Notes: a model not told the origin generated them from the letters alone. A DNA stretch of 64,000 nt from Escherichia coli (GCF_016903815.1 NZ_CP069973.1); one strand, 5' to 3'; counted from the first letter of the stretch, positions 34,401 to 43,720 are shown. A program made the numbers and translations.

Positions 34401-35851
34401 CCGGAAACAGCTACTTTTCCGTCCGCTGATTGCAGGGAGGCGGCTTCAATGTCATAACCTTTCAGCGCATATTTGGTTTGTAAGGAAGAAACCAGCGATT
34501 TAACCTCACCCGGCTTGCCTTTCAACGGATCGGTCAGCGTCAGCCGCACCAGCTCTTTCTTGCGATATTCAAGGACAATATTGTTATTACGATCGACCAG
34601 GTCATAGCGACTGCCCACAAGGCTGCGTCGTGCTGCAACTTCAGCCGGATCGAGCTGTTTTTGCAGTGAATGACCGGGTTGCAACGTCAACTCCATACCA
34701 ATTCGGGTGTCGTTTTCTCCCTGTTTGCCCTGCCGTTGCTCGGCACTAAAGGAGATCAGAGGAACAGGGGTATAACTCAAACCTGCGGTAATCGCGTGAG
34801 GATCATTTTGTCGCTCGTCTTTACCAAACAGCGCCACTTCATCGCCATAATATTGTTCATAGACCAACTTGCCGCCCAGCTGCGGCCAGGCCGGTAACCA
34901 GCCTTCGGCGCGAAGATCCCACCCGTTCGCCGGACGTGCTTCATAGTCATTGTCGAGTTCCGGTGCACTACGCCAGTTACTGAGGCGCAGATAACCGTTG
35001 CCGCTCAGTTTCAGGTAATCGCGCCAGTATTCAACGCCCATCCCGGTTCGGGTGTGATAGCGGGTCAGGTCATGATCGATAAACATATTGACGCCAGACA
35101 TCCAGCTCGATGTGAAATAACGCCAGCCGATACCGTGGTTGGTTTGAGTGCGATCATCCGTACGGTGAAGTGTGTGCTGGCTTAAGACCAGGTTATCCGG
35201 CGTTTCGTACCAGGGATGGAGAAATTCAAATGACGAGCTTTTAAGGCTGAAATCTTCATCCACACCAAGAGATACCCGGGCAGTTCCCCAACGACTGAGC
35301 CAGTCCGTTGCCTGCGCAGATGCAGAAGAAGCCACCCAGCCACGCGCCATACTCGCCGCCTGTTCGCTGTCCATATCGCGTGCTAAAAGTGTTCCGCTTT
35401 GCTGCGCCACTTCCGCGACCTGCATTTGCGGATCTTTGCCATCGCGCTCCATCTGCATTGCTTTCAGGTTGCGCGCTTCAGGGCTGTTACTGTTAATGAG
35501 GGGCACATCTATTTCATCGCCCTGACGCACATGGTCAAAGCCCCGCGCAAAGGTACGGAACTGATTCAGGCGACGTAATTCATCAACGGTGATACCAAAG
35601 CGTGCCGCGACCGTTGGTGGCGATTCCAACGCACCCAGGGTATATGGAATAGTTTTAACGTTCGGCAGGATCAGTGACGCGGCAGTATCCGAGTGCGCAG
35701 GATTAATATGCGTCGGGGCAGCAGCCATAACAGGGAAAATAGTTTGTGTTATCAGGCAAATACCTGCGGTCAGACGACGTAAACGATCCCCCAATCCACA
35801 TATGGTGTTATCGCCCCGACGATCGCCATTCCCATGCGCTTTCCCTGCCAT
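25487..35851 (-). CDS. giant intimin/invasin-family inverse-autotransporter adhesin with about 20 tandem Ig-like (Big) repeats; 3' end replaced by IS1 (3454 aa as read)
   Basis: N-terminal LysM-like segment and intimin-type beta-barrel region (YWRDYLKLSGNGY, ERPANGWDLR, LVYEQYYGDEVALF, SRYDLVDRNNNIVLEY), then repeated ~97-aa modules (PDGTVEISVTSQTAG...VTDAFGN...); the stop codon TAA lies inside the IS1 terminal repeat (25487-25489). Resembles the EaeX/Air adhesin described with the eip locus (recalled). Confidence 0.85.
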   Translation of the reverse strand: MAGKAHGNGDRRGDNTICGLGDRLRRLTAGICLITQTIFPVMAAAPTHINPAHSDTAASLILPNVKTIPYTLGALESPPTVAARFGITVDELRRLNQFRTFARGFDHVRQGDEIDVPLINSNSPEARNLKAMQMERDGKDPQMQVAEVAQQSGTLLARDMDSEQAASMARGWVASSASAQATDWLSRWGTARVSLGVDEDFSLKSSSFEFLHPWYETPDNLVLSQHTLHRTDDRTQTNHGIGWRYFTSSWMSGVNMFIDHDLTRYHTRTGMGVEYWRDYLKLSGNGYLRLSNWRSAPELDNDYEARPANGWDLRAEGWLPAWPQLGGKLVYEQYYGDEVALFGKDERQNDPHAITAGLSYTPVPLISFSAEQRQGKQGENDTRIGMELTLQPGHSLQKQLDPAEVAARRSLVGSRYDLVDRNNNIVLEYRKKELVRLTLTDPLKGKPGEVKSLVSSLQTKYALKGYDIEAASLQSADGKVAVSGKDIQVTIPPYRFTAMPETDNTYPIAVTAEDSKGNFSRREESMVVVEKPTLSLADSTLSVDLQILLADGKSTSMLTYTARDSSGKPIPGMTLKTQAKGLQDFALSEWKDNGNGTYTQIVTAGKTSGALSLMPQFNGDDIAKTPALIAIVANTASRADSTIETDQDNYVAGKPIVVKVTLRDDNGNGVTGRKELLKQTVKVDNTKADAVSAWTEESEGIYKASYTAHLIGDKLTAQLTMPGWQTKHSDAFSIAGDKDTAKIAAMQITANNAVARRDHNTVAVTVRDVHQNLLQGQNVTFTVVNGAAVFADPNGGIVTTDKDGIASVNLASDQAVNSLIKAEINGSSQSVEVSFITGDISQLTSTIKTDDVSYTAGGKIKVSVTLMDEQKNLVKGMASLLAGSGVVEVSGTDKNEMGNWSEESDGVYTTTRTAKIAGDRHYATLKLSTWSSAQQSDAYAIRESGAVLAYSSIVTDKTTYTAGGAIKVTVTLKDSYENLVGGQRDAINQAIQLPNTKAESIAWNEDQKGIYTATYTALLPGTGLKAQLQMSGWASALTSNDYSISGDAASAQIVAMQVTTGNPDVLANGSDRHTVNVRVEDQFGNVLPEQTVTFTVTKGAAVFANAGQSADIRTDAHGMAEVDLSSTVADASTVEAKVNQSSDSKTVNFVADVSTAQVAELVVTQDGSVADGSTANMLRVRVTDVFGNVLAGQTVSVTADNSATVAPTVITGPDGTVEISVTSQTAGTSAITASINNSSLSRNVTFVADVRTAKIADLVVTRDNSVADGAMANTLRVRVTDAFGNTLAGQTVSVMADNSATVSPTVTTEPDGTVEISVTSQTAGVSTVTASINSSSQSRNVTFVADVRTAKIADLVVIKDGSEADGSTANTLRARVTDAFGNTLGGQTVSVLADNGATVAPTVTTQPDGTVEISVTSQTAGTSTVTASINNSSLSQNVTFVADVRTAKIADLVVIKDGSVADGATANTLQVKVTDAFGNALNGQTVSVMAGNGATVTPTVITGPDGTVEISATSQTAGISTVTVTINNSSLSRNVMFVADVRTAQIADLVVIKDGAVADGAMANMLQVKVTDAFGNTLAGQTVSVLAGNGATTASTVTTQPDGTVEISVTSQTAGTSVVTASINNSSQSRNVTFIADVRTAKIADLEVIKDGSEADGSTANTLRARVTDAFGNALAGQTVSVLADNGATVALTETTKPDGTAEISVTSQTAGVSAVTVSINNSSQSRNVTFIADVRTAQIAELVVIKDGSEADGSTANTLRVRVTDAFGNALAGQTVSVLADNGATVAPTVTTQPDGTVEISVTSQTAGTSTVTASINSSSQSRNVTFIADVSTAQIADLVVIKDDSVADGAMANTLRVRVTDAFGNALAGQTVSVMAGNGATVAPTVITEPDGTVEISVTSQTAGISAVTASINSSSQSRDVTFIADVRTAKIAELEVIRDNAVADGSTANTLQVKVTDANDNTLAGQAVSVLAGNSATVASTVTTKPDGTVEISVTSQTAGTSTVTASINSSSLSRNVTFVADVSTAKIADLVVIQDNSVADGAMANTLRMRVTDAFGNTLGGQTVSVTADNSAMVASTVITGPDGTVEISVTSQTAGISIVTASINNSSLSRDVTFVADVRTAQIADLVVIKDGSEADGLTANTLQVRVTDAFGNALAGQTVSVLADNGATVAPTVTTQPDGTVEISVTSQTAGVSAVTATINSSSQSQNVTFIADVRTAKIADLVVIKDGSEADGSTANTLRARVTDAFGNALAGQAVSVMAGNSATVTPTVTTQSDGTVEFSVTSQTAGTSTVTASINSSSLSRDVTFIADVRTAQIAVLEVTQDYAVADGSTANTLRARVTDAFGNALAGQTVSVLGGNGATVSPTVITGPDGTVEISVTSQTAGASTVTASINSSSLSRNVTFVADVRTAQIAVLEVTQDYAVADGSTANTLRARVTDAFGNALAGQTVSVTAGNGATVSPTVITGPDGTVEISVTSQTAGVSAVTATINNSTASQNVMFIADVRTAKIADLVVIKDDSVADGAMANMLRARVTDAFGNALAGQTVSVMAGNGATTAPTVTTQPDGTVEISATSQTAGISTVTATINNSSLSRNVMFVADVRTAQIADLVVIKDGSVADGSTANMLRVRVTDAFGNALGGQTVSVLADNGVTTAPTVITEPDGTVEISVTSQTAGVSAVTATINSSSQSQNVTFIADVSTAKIADLVVIKDGSEADGSTANTLRVRVTDAFGNTLAGQTVSVLADNGATTAPTVITEPDGTVEISVTSQTAGVSAVTASINSSSQSRNVTFVADVRTAQIADLVVIKDGSEADGATANTLRARVTDAFGNALAGQTVSVLADNGATVAPTVTTQPDGTVEISVTSQTAGISAVTASINNSSLSRNVTFIADVSTAKIADLVVIKDGSEADGSTANTLQVKVTDANGNTLAGQTVSVLAGNSATVTPTVTTKPDGTVEISVTSQTAGISAVTASINSSSQSRNVTFIADVRTAKIADLVVIKDDSVADGAMANMLRARVTDAFGNALAGQTVSVLAGNSATVAPTMTTKPDGTVEISVTSQTAGTSTVTASINNSSQSQNVTFVPGDASQLTSIVETNKSNYTVGETITITVTLRDAFDNLVTGAASQLAADGVLTVAGTDPSEMGSWVESGGVYTTTRMATIASTNQHANLQLQTWSDGVTSDRYDIQSGSPAQATSTIATDKNAYTAGDTITVAVTLKDAHGNLVEGGESLLSGDNVTVEGAVRSGGWSETAGVYTATWSAQMAGDSHHATLKLSEWGSSKQSESYSIHSGAPVQANSAIRTDKSAYIAGEPLTVTITLRDEFGNPALGLTSEVIESYIDSFAVGGATHDAMRWVEQNNGEYTIVWTAWVAEENLVASLKLKTWATEIKSSLYGIQPGAAAKTQSTIVADKTIYIAGDSITVTVVLKDAQGNFITDGVVQLNEENG
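26480..32400. repeat. tandem array of about 20 near-identical ~291-bp coding repeats (Ig-like domain units) inside the adhesin gene
   Basis: Protein-level count of 20 near-identical units; the many plus-strand ORFs in this span are antisense artefacts of the repeat. Boundaries approximate. Confidence 0.8.
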
Positions 35852-36052
35852 TTGTCATCCCTGTCGCTATGCGTTCAGATTAAATGACCTTTCTTTAACA
35901 TGAGAGAAAATGATGATTCATGATTAGCAAATGATGAATACAGGCGGAATAATGGAAATAACAACAAGATAAGAACAATACCTGATCAAGGGTTATCAGG
36001 GGGAAGAACAGGAGAGCTTTCCCGCCAGAGCAATAACCCTCCTGTAAATACG

Positions 36053-37237
36053 TTACTTCATTTTCACCTTTGCGGTGACCAATAACGCCGTCAGCAACAT
36101 CAATGTGCCGGACAACATCAACGGCGAAGTCAGACCAATATTATCCAGCGCATAACCGCCGATTGCCGCGCCACAGGTATTAGCAAGCTGAATAACCGCC
36201 ACCTGAATAGACCCGGCTTTTTCTGCCTGATCGGCCAGTGAGCGAGTGATCCACGTTGACCAGCCGACAGGAACCAATGCAAAAGTTAGCCCCCAGATAA
36301 TCGCCACGCCGGTAGCAACGATTTTATCGCTTCCCCACAACGTCAGCACCAACGCACTCACAGCCAGTATTAACGGCGCGCCTGCTAAGGCCAGTTTTAC
36401 CGAACGTTTAAGAATGAACGACGAAAGCGACGTACCAATAAAGCTGGCGATACCAAAACTCAACAGCACCAGCGTTAAGCCATCCACGCCGAATCCCGCC
36501 AGGTTCATATACACCGGGCGAATATACGTGAAGAAAGCAAACTGCCCGGCGAAAGACATGAAGATGGCGATCATCCCTGCCATCACACCCGGACGTTGTA
36601 ATAAGCGGAAAGTATTTTGTTTCTGATGCGAGGGTTCGCCTGGCAGCGAAGGCAATGATTTGATAATCCAGAAAATACACAGCACGCCCATCACCGCCGC
36701 CGCATTAAAGACATTGCGCCAACCGATAAGCTCGCCTAAAAAACTGCCCAACGGTGCGGCAATCACCAGCGCAATAGAAACCGCGCCGAAGATCACCGAC
36801 AGCGCCTTCGGCACCGTACGCGGCGGTACCAGACGCATGGTCAGCGACGCCGACATCGCCCAGAACCCGCCCAGCGCCAGCCCCAGACAGGCACGACCGA
36901 TTAAAAGCAAACTGAATGAGTTAGCAAAGGAAACCAGCAAGCAGGAGAGCGTCAGCAAAACGGCAAACAAAATAACAACGTAGCGGCGGTCAGTGGCCTG
37001 AATTGTCTGGGTAATAAACAAACTGGCAAACATTGCCACAAAGGCGGTCACGGTCACCGATTGCCCGGCAACCCCTTCCGAAATGCCTAAATCCTGGGCC
37101 ATTGGCGTCAACAAACTGACGGGCAAAAACTCAACGATAATCAGACAGGCGACGCAAAACGCCACCGAGAATACGGCTGACCAGTTCGGTCGGGTGATGA
37201 CATCCGCGCCGCGGTTTTCGGCAATAAATTCACTCAT
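36053..37237 (-). CDS. nepI: MFS purine ribonucleoside efflux transporter
   Basis: 12-TM MFS; start placed at [13 protein letters not shown]... (the track ORF extends 16 codons upstream). Confidence 0.85.
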   Translation of the reverse strand: MSEFIAENRGADVITRPNWSAVFSVAFCVACLIIVEFLPVSLLTPMAQDLGISEGVAGQSVTVTAFVAMFASLFITQTIQATDRRYVVILFAVLLTLSCLLVSFANSFSLLLIGRACLGLALGGFWAMSASLTMRLVPPRTVPKALSVIFGAVSIALVIAAPLGSFLGELIGWRNVFNAAAVMGVLCIFWIIKSLPSLPGEPSHQKQNTFRLLQRPGVMAGMIAIFMSFAGQFAFFTYIRPVYMNLAGFGVDGLTLVLLSFGIASFIGTSLSSFILKRSVKLALAGAPLILAVSALVLTLWGSDKIVATGVAIIWGLTFALVPVGWSTWITRSLADQAEKAGSIQVAVIQLANTCGAAIGGYALDNIGLTSPLMLSGTLMLLTALLVTAKVKMK

Positions 37238-37470
37238 GGTGTTACCCGTGGCATGTTTCAGGGGAAAAGCCGACCACTTTAACATTGAAATGTGTGACGC
37301 ATTTAACGTTTTTGCAACTTTTACGGTGTTGTGGGAAAAGTTCGAGGCTGCTCGAAGAAATAAAAATCATAGGGCAAGGTGATATGTATTTTCGCGATTG
37401 TGTTGGGAACAAGGGATAAAGTATTGCACTTGGTGATATACTTTAATAACAGGACCTCAACGATATACGC

Positions 37471-37824
37471 GTGTTTAAAACCAAATGGTTTGCAAGGGAA
37501 GCCAGGTCTCATGCAATAACAGATGAAGAGTTGTGCCGTGCCATTTTAGAAACGGAACAAGGTAAAGCTGATGCACTTGGCGGTGGCGTTTTTAAAAAGC
37601 GCCTTCACCAAAATCGTGAGCGTGCAATTATTCTGGCAAAAGGGGGAAGCAATTGGTTTTACACGTTTTTATATGCAAAACAGGATATGTCGAACATCAA
37701 TAGTCAGGAACTGGCTGGGTTTCGTGAACTTGCAAAGCATTATGCCTTCCTGACGAAAGCCCAACTAACAGCAATGATTAACACTAAAGAACTGACAGAG
37801 ATCTGCTATGACTGCAAAAACTAA
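37471..37824 (+). CDS. putative type II toxin, RelE/HigB (Gp49-like) fold (117 aa)
   Basis: Small basic protein with GGGVFKKRL...RAIIL...FYTFLYAKQD pattern reminiscent of HigB-2/Gp49-like toxins; GTG start; overlaps the downstream HTH gene by 17 bp. Confidence 0.5.
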   Translation: MFKTKWFAREARSHAITDEELCRAILETEQGKADALGGGVFKKRLHQNRERAIILAKGGSNWFYTFLYAKQDMSNINSQELAGFRELAKHYAFLTKAQLTAMINTKELTEICYDCKN

Positions 37825-38131
37825 ATTTAAAAGTCCTGCATTTGAGGCTATTCACAGCGCAGCGGCTGGATTGTCCAGCGTCGATGCTATTTCTGCTGAA
37901 ACGATGCGTACTTTTGACAAAGCCTGCCTGACCAGCGTGCAAGACTTACAACCTGTTGAGATAAAAGCACTGCGGGAAAAATTAAAAGTGAGTCAGCCCG
38001 TCTTCGCTCACTATCTCAATACCAGCGTTTCAACTGTACAAAAATGGGAAAGTGGCGCTAAACGCCCCAATGGCATTTCATTAAAACTGCTCAGCATTGT
38101 GCAAAAACACGGGCTGGAGGTGCTGCTGTAA
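37808..38131 (+). CDS. putative antitoxin, XRE/MqsA-like HTH DNA-binding protein (107 aa)
   Basis: C-terminal HTH (LKVSQPVFAHYLNTSVSTVQKWESGAKRPNGISLKLL); toxin-first overlapping gene pair. Confidence 0.5.
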   Translation: MTAKTKFKSPAFEAIHSAAAGLSSVDAISAETMRTFDKACLTSVQDLQPVEIKALREKLKVSQPVFAHYLNTSVSTVQKWESGAKRPNGISLKLLSIVQKHGLEVLL

Positions 38132-38171
38132 ATAGAACGTAGATAATGCGTTCACCTACTGTCAGTTCCGA

Positions 38172-38245
38172 TACCGGATGCGGCGTGAACGCCTTATCCA
38201 CCCTACAGGTCAGGCGCGGTCTGTAGGCTGATAAGACGAAGCGGT
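38172..38245. repeat. REP/BIME-like extragenic palindromic repeats
   Basis: CCGGATGCGGCGTGAACGCCTTATCC...CTACAG followed by an inverted partner CTGTAGGCTGATAAGACGAAGCG, between the HTH gene and yicN. Confidence 0.5.
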
Positions 38246-38246
38246 T

Positions 38247-38699
38247 TTAATGCAGCCAGTGAACGCCCTCGGCAGGCTGAAAGAACGCGTTATAGCGCAT
38301 CTGAAAAGCATTAATATCCTGCATTTCAGGTTCGGTTTCGCGCAGAAAACCCAGCGCCAGCCTGACCTGAGCATCGGTAATCGGCGCGGCAAGGCGGGCT
38401 TTTTGTAAAATCCGATGCCATTGCAGCAGGTTCTGTTCGCTACCATCGACAATGACAATTTGCCAGATGAGCAATACCTGCGCGGCGTTTTGCAGGTGCG
38501 ACTCATCCGGGCGATGCAAATAACGTAAAAATTCGTCACCGGCTGACTTTCCCATTTGATCGACCATCGACTCCACGGGTACGACATCGATATTCAGCCG
38601 ATCGCTGAGACGGCGAATCGCTTTTCTGGCCCCGGATGTCAGCACCCGAAAACCAACCACAAACACTACCGCCAGCGTGGCGAGCATTATCCAGATCAT
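38247..38699 (-). CDS. yicN: DUF1198-family small membrane-anchored protein
   Basis: N-terminal TM helix (MIWIMLATLAVVFVVGF); start ambiguous (the track ORF begins at 38726). Confidence 0.7.
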   Translation of the reverse strand: MIWIMLATLAVVFVVGFRVLTSGARKAIRRLSDRLNIDVVPVESMVDQMGKSAGDEFLRYLHRPDESHLQNAAQVLLIWQIVIVDGSEQNLLQWHRILQKARLAAPITDAQVRLALGFLRETEPEMQDINAFQMRYNAFFQPAEGVHWLH

Positions 38700-38751
38700 G
38701 AGTTCTCCTGCGTAATCAGAACTCATGATATCTGGAAACCCTCGCCAGTTA

Positions 38752-40098
38752 CTAATCCACCAGAATAATCTTCAGTGCAAACAGAGCTGCGACCACCACC
38801 ACACACAGGTTCAGATCGCGCCAGCGCCCGGTGCACACTTTCATGATGCAGTACGACATAAAGCCGAGTGCAATCCCTTCGGTGATCGAGAAAGTAAAGG
38901 GCATCATCACCGTGGTAATAAATGCGGGCACCGATTCGGTAAAATCATCCCAGTTAACGCGCGCCAGGCTCGAAGTCATCAGCACGCCAACAAAGATTAA
39001 CGCTCCGGCGGTTGCGTAAGGAGGAACCATCGCCACCAGCGGTGAGAAGAACATAACCAACAGGAACATAACGCCGACCACAACCGCAGTCAGCCCCGTG
39101 CGACCACCGACTGCCACACCAGAAGTACTTTCAATATAGGCGGTAACAGACGAGGTGCCGATAAACGCGCCCGCCACCGAACTGACGCTATCAACATATA
39201 GCGCCTTATTCATATTGGGGAATTGACCGTTACTATCTATTAAGCCAGCTTTATCAGTTACACCAATTAATGTTCCTGACGAATCAAATAGGTTGATCAG
39301 CATAAAGGAGAAAATGATACCGGCGAGTTCAAGTGTTAACGCGCCGCTCAAATCTACTTCACCAATGACGCCGCTAATATCAGGCGGAATGGAATAGACG
39401 CCGCTAAAATGAACATCACCGAAAAATAAGCCACAGCAAGACGTCACCACAATAGAAACCAGCACCGCGGCATGAAAATGACGTGATGACAACACGGTTA
39501 TAATAAAAAACCCTAAAATACCTAACAACACGCCGTGAGAACTTAAATCGCCAATCATCACCAGGGTGTCTTTATTGGCGACAATAACGCCAGTGTTTTT
39601 TAATCCCATTAAGGCAATAAATAATCCGATTCCGCTGGTGATACCAATACGTAAACTTAATGGAATGTTGGAGATCATCCAGTAACGGATACGAAACAGC
39701 GTGAGCAAAAATAGCCCAATTGCGCCCCAGAATATCGCGCCCATCCCGGTCTGCCAGGAGATACCCATCGCCCCCACGACCACGAACGCAAAGAAGGCGT
39801 TCAGCCCCATTGCCGGAGCCAGCGCCACGGGTAAGTTAGCAAATATCCCCATCGCAATACTGCCGATACCGGCAATCAAACAGGTGGTAACAAACACCAC
39901 TTTCGGGTCCATTTGTGCCGCGCCGAGGATTTGCGGGTTCACAAAAACGATGTACACCATGGTTAAAAAAGTGGTCATCCCCGCAATCAATTCTGTGCGG
40001 ACGGTGGTCCCATGCTGAGGTAGTTTAAATAATCGCGAAAGCGTCCCTGATTCATTACTCACGTAATCGGTATTGTCATTATTCATTTTTTTGTCCAT
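38752..40098 (-). CDS. adeQ: adenine permease, NCS2/AzgA family
   Basis: NCS2 permease; start placed at MDKKMNNDNTDY... (the track ORF extends to 40164); next to the adenine deaminase gene. Confidence 0.85.
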   Translation of the reverse strand: MDKKMNNDNTDYVSNESGTLSRLFKLPQHGTTVRTELIAGMTTFLTMVYIVFVNPQILGAAQMDPKVVFVTTCLIAGIGSIAMGIFANLPVALAPAMGLNAFFAFVVVGAMGISWQTGMGAIFWGAIGLFLLTLFRIRYWMISNIPLSLRIGITSGIGLFIALMGLKNTGVIVANKDTLVMIGDLSSHGVLLGILGFFIITVLSSRHFHAAVLVSIVVTSCCGLFFGDVHFSGVYSIPPDISGVIGEVDLSGALTLELAGIIFSFMLINLFDSSGTLIGVTDKAGLIDSNGQFPNMNKALYVDSVSSVAGAFIGTSSVTAYIESTSGVAVGGRTGLTAVVVGVMFLLVMFFSPLVAMVPPYATAGALIFVGVLMTSSLARVNWDDFTESVPAFITTVMMPFTFSITEGIALGFMSYCIMKVCTGRWRDLNLCVVVVAALFALKIILVD

Positions 40099-40260
40099 TG
40101 GAGGAGATTTAATCCCTTGCTTTTGTAAAACAAATGACAACAACGGTTCAGTGATAATTATCACATTTCAATTGCACATTAATGGATATTCTTTAATAAT
40201 CTCGCGACGTTTCTTTATGATAAATAATAATCAAATTGATAAAATCAAAATGAGAAAAAT

Positions 40261-42027
40261 ATGAATAATTCTATTAACCATAAATTTCATCACATTAGCC
40301 GGGCGGAATACCAGGAATTGTTAGCCGTTTCCCGTGGCGACGCTGTTGCCGATTATATTATTGATAATGTCTCTATTCTCGACCTGATCAATGGCGGAGA
40401 AATTTCCGGCCCAATTGTGATTAAAGGACGTTACATTGCTGGTGTTGGCGCAGAATACACTGATGCTCCGGCTTTGCAGCGGATTGATGCCCGCGGCGCA
40501 ACGGCGGTGCCAGGGTTTATTGATGCTCACCTGCATATTGAATCCAGCATGATGACGCCGGTCACCTTTGAAACCGCTACCCTGCCGCGCGGCCTGACAA
40601 CTGTTATTTGCGACCCTCATGAAATCGTCAACGTGATGGGCGAAGCCGGATTCGCCTGGTTTGCCCGCTGTGCCGAACAGGCAAGGCAAAACCAGTACTT
40701 ACAGGTCAGCTCTTGCGTACCCGCCCTGGAAGGCTGCGATGTTAACGGTGCCAGTTTTACCCTTGAACAGATGCTCGCCTGGCGGGACCATCCGCAGGTT
40801 ACCGGCCTTGCAGAAATGATGGACTACCCTGGCGTAATTAGCGGGCAGAATGCACTGCTCGATAAACTGGATGCATTTCGCCACCTGACACTGGACGGTC
40901 ACTGCCCGGGTTTGGGTGGTAAAGCACTTAACGCCTATATTGCTGCGGGTATTGAAAACTGCCACGAAAGTTATCAGCTGGAAGAAGGACGCCGGAAATT
41001 ACAACTCGGCATGTCGTTGATGATCCGCGAAGGGTCCGCTGCCCGCAATCTCAACGCACTGGCACCGTTGATCAACGAATTTAACAGCCCGCAATGCATG
41101 CTCTGTACTGATGACCGTAACCCGTGGGAGATCGCCCATGAAGGACACATCGATGCCTTAATTCGCCGCCTGATCGAACAACACAATGTGCCGCTGCATG
41201 TGGCATATCGCGTCGCCAGCTGGTCGACGGCGCGCCACTTTGGTCTGAATCACCTCGGCTTACTGGCACCCGGTAAGCAGGCTGATATCGTCCTGTTGAG
41301 CGATGCGCGTAAGGTCACGGTGCAGCAGGTACTGGTGAAAGGCGAACCGATTGACGCGCAAACCTTACAGGCGGAAGAGTCGGCGAGACTGGCACAATCC
41401 GCTCCGCCATATGGCAACACCATTGCCCGCCAGCCAGTTTCCGCCAGCGACTTTGCCCTGCAATTCACGCCCGGAAAACGCTATCGGGTAATTGACGTCA
41501 TCCATAACGAATTGATTACGCACTCCCGCTCCAGCGTCTACAGCGAAAATGGTTTTGATCGCGATGATGTGTGCTTTATTGCCGTCCTTGAGCGTTACGG
41601 GCAACGTCTGGCTCCGGCTTGTGGTTTGCTCGGCGGCTTTGGTCTGAATGAAGGCGCGCTGGCTGCGACGGTCAGCCATGACAGCCATAATATTGTGGTG
41701 ATCGGTCGCAGTGCCGAAGAGATGGCGCTGGCGGTCAATCAGGTGATTCAGGATGGCGGCGGGCTGTGCGTGGTACGTAACGGCCAGGTCCAAAGTCATC
41801 TGCCGTTACCCATTGCCGGGCTGATGAGCACCGACACGGCGCAGTCGCTGGCGGAGCAAATTGACGCCTTGAAAGCCGCCGCCCGTGAATGTGGTCCGTT
41901 ACCGGATGAGCCGTTTATTCAGATGGCGTTTCTTTCTCTGCCAGTGATCCCCGCGCTGAAACTAACCAGTCAGGGGCTGTTTGATGGCGAGAAGTTTGCC
42001 TTCACCACGCTGGAAGTCACGGAATAA
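40261..42027 (+). CDS. ade: adenine deaminase (588 aa)
   Basis: Amidohydrolase-superfamily metal-binding motif ([13 protein letters not shown]) and length typical of adenine deaminase. Confidence 0.9.
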   Translation: MNNSINHKFHHISRAEYQELLAVSRGDAVADYIIDNVSILDLINGGEISGPIVIKGRYIAGVGAEYTDAPALQRIDARGATAVPGFIDAHLHIESSMMTPVTFETATLPRGLTTVICDPHEIVNVMGEAGFAWFARCAEQARQNQYLQVSSCVPALEGCDVNGASFTLEQMLAWRDHPQVTGLAEMMDYPGVISGQNALLDKLDAFRHLTLDGHCPGLGGKALNAYIAAGIENCHESYQLEEGRRKLQLGMSLMIREGSAARNLNALAPLINEFNSPQCMLCTDDRNPWEIAHEGHIDALIRRLIEQHNVPLHVAYRVASWSTARHFGLNHLGLLAPGKQADIVLLSDARKVTVQQVLVKGEPIDAQTLQAEESARLAQSAPPYGNTIARQPVSASDFALQFTPGKRYRVIDVIHNELITHSRSSVYSENGFDRDDVCFIAVLERYGQRLAPACGLLGGFGLNEGALAATVSHDSHNIVVIGRSAEEMALAVNQVIQDGGGLCVVRNGQVQSHLPLPIAGLMSTDTAQSLAEQIDALKAAARECGPLPDEPFIQMAFLSLPVIPALKLTSQGLFDGEKFAFTTLEVTE

Positions 42028-42028
42028 T

Positions 42029-42055
42029 AAAAAAAAGCCCGGCGTCATGCCGGGC
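42029..42055 (-). terminator. Rho-independent terminator downstream of uhpT (may also end ade)
   Basis: GC hairpin GCCCGGCGTCATGCCGGGC preceded on the plus strand by an A8 run, i.e. a T-tract after the hairpin on the minus strand. Confidence 0.5.
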
Positions 42056-42073
42056 AAAAGTCACCAGTTACGT

Positions 42074-43465
42074 TTATGCCACTGTCAACTGCTGAATTTT
42101 TTTCTCGCGGCGGATTTTGCGTTCTTCCATCACCGCCACTATCGCCATCAGGCAGATACAACCAATCGCGGCGATATCCAGCGCAGCGAAGGTGCCTGCC
42201 CAGCCGGTAAGGCCGAATACCGGCGTTCCATCGGCAATCATTCCCAGACCTAACTTGGCAAAGCTGTCACCAATCAGGTAAGCGAAGGTGCCTTTAATAC
42301 CATCGGCAGCGCCAATCGCTTTTTTAGGTACAAAGCCAACAGCAGCCACACCAATCAACAATTGCGGGCCAAAGACCAGGAAACCCAACGCAAAGAGAGA
42401 AGCCAGGTAGATATATTCGTTGCTGGCATGTTGATACACACCGAGCGTGGCGATAATCAGCGCCAGCGCGATGCAGGCCACCAGGCCACGGCGACCGTTC
42501 GCCAGGTCAGAGAGCCAGCCCCACAGCAGCGTACCGACCAGCGCACCAGCTTCAAACAGCGTAAAGCCCTGAATCGCCACCGCTTTAGAGAGTTTCAGTT
42601 CCTGGAACGCGTACACGGTTGACCACTGGTCGATACCAATACGCACCACATAGAGGAAAATGTTGGCGAAGCACAGTAGCCAGATCACTTTGTTTTTCAG
42701 CACATACTCAACAAAGATCTGCCACTTGGTCATATCGGTAGATTCTGTCTCTTTGTCCTCTTCGCTGATCTCCTCGCCGAACAGCTCTTCAGCTTTGCCG
42801 AGGCCATAAGATTCCGGGGAGTCGCTGCCGTAACGCAGGCCGATAAAACCGACAATCAGCGCGATAATCGACGGGAAAATAAACATGCCGATGACATGAC
42901 CATCGAACAGGTAATTTGCGCCGAACAGCGCCACACCCGCTGCGCCTGCACCGCCAAGGTTGTGAGAAATGTTCCAGAAACCGAGGAATGTCCCGCGTTT
43001 ACGACGCGGCGTCCATTTCGTGATGGTGGAGTAACTGCACGAACCGCCGGTACTCTGGAAAAAGCCGCTTAAGGCGTAGAAGGCAATCATCAGGAACAGG
43101 CTAACCGAGCCGCTGCCCATACTGGCGCTGAAGCCCAGCATACAAATGGCAGACAGGATCAGCATGAACGGCAGGAATTGTTTGGTGTTTTTGCCGTCGG
43201 CGTAGTAGGAAACCAGCGTTTTACCCACGCCATAAGTGATGGAGAAACCCAGGCCGATCATCCCCAGCTGCGTCATGCTCAACCCGTAGGTCGAGATCAT
43301 GTCGTTCTGCGCGATGTTAAAGTTCTTGCGAATCAGGTACATCGTCAGGTAGCCGATAAAGACCACCAGGTAGGATTGCATGAACGGTTTGAACCACATT
43401 TTGCGCCGCACTTCGAGCGGAAGGTCCAGGGTCGGCTTGCGAACCTGGTTTAAGAAAGCCAGCAT
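42074..43465 (-). CDS. uhpT: hexose-6-phosphate:phosphate antiporter (463 aa)
   Basis: Organophosphate:Pi antiporter MFS; gene order uhpT-uhpC-uhpB-uhpA. Confidence 0.9.
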
Positions 43466-43720
43466 GGGTTACTCCTGATTTCCCTTCATACTTCAACCCG
43501 CAGGTGCCTTAGCTGCACGCATTCCTCCCGGTCACATAGTTCACTATGCTCCCGGGACTCACGCGTTTGCTGCGTTCCTGCAACTTGAATTATTTTGGGA
43601 AAGAATTAATGAATGATGGCATTGTAAAAATCAGCAGCAAATCAGGCCTGAGATAGCGTCCAGGCAAAACCTGGAAAATTTCTTAGTTTTGCCGGATATG
43701 AAGTGAAAAGGTGAGATGCA

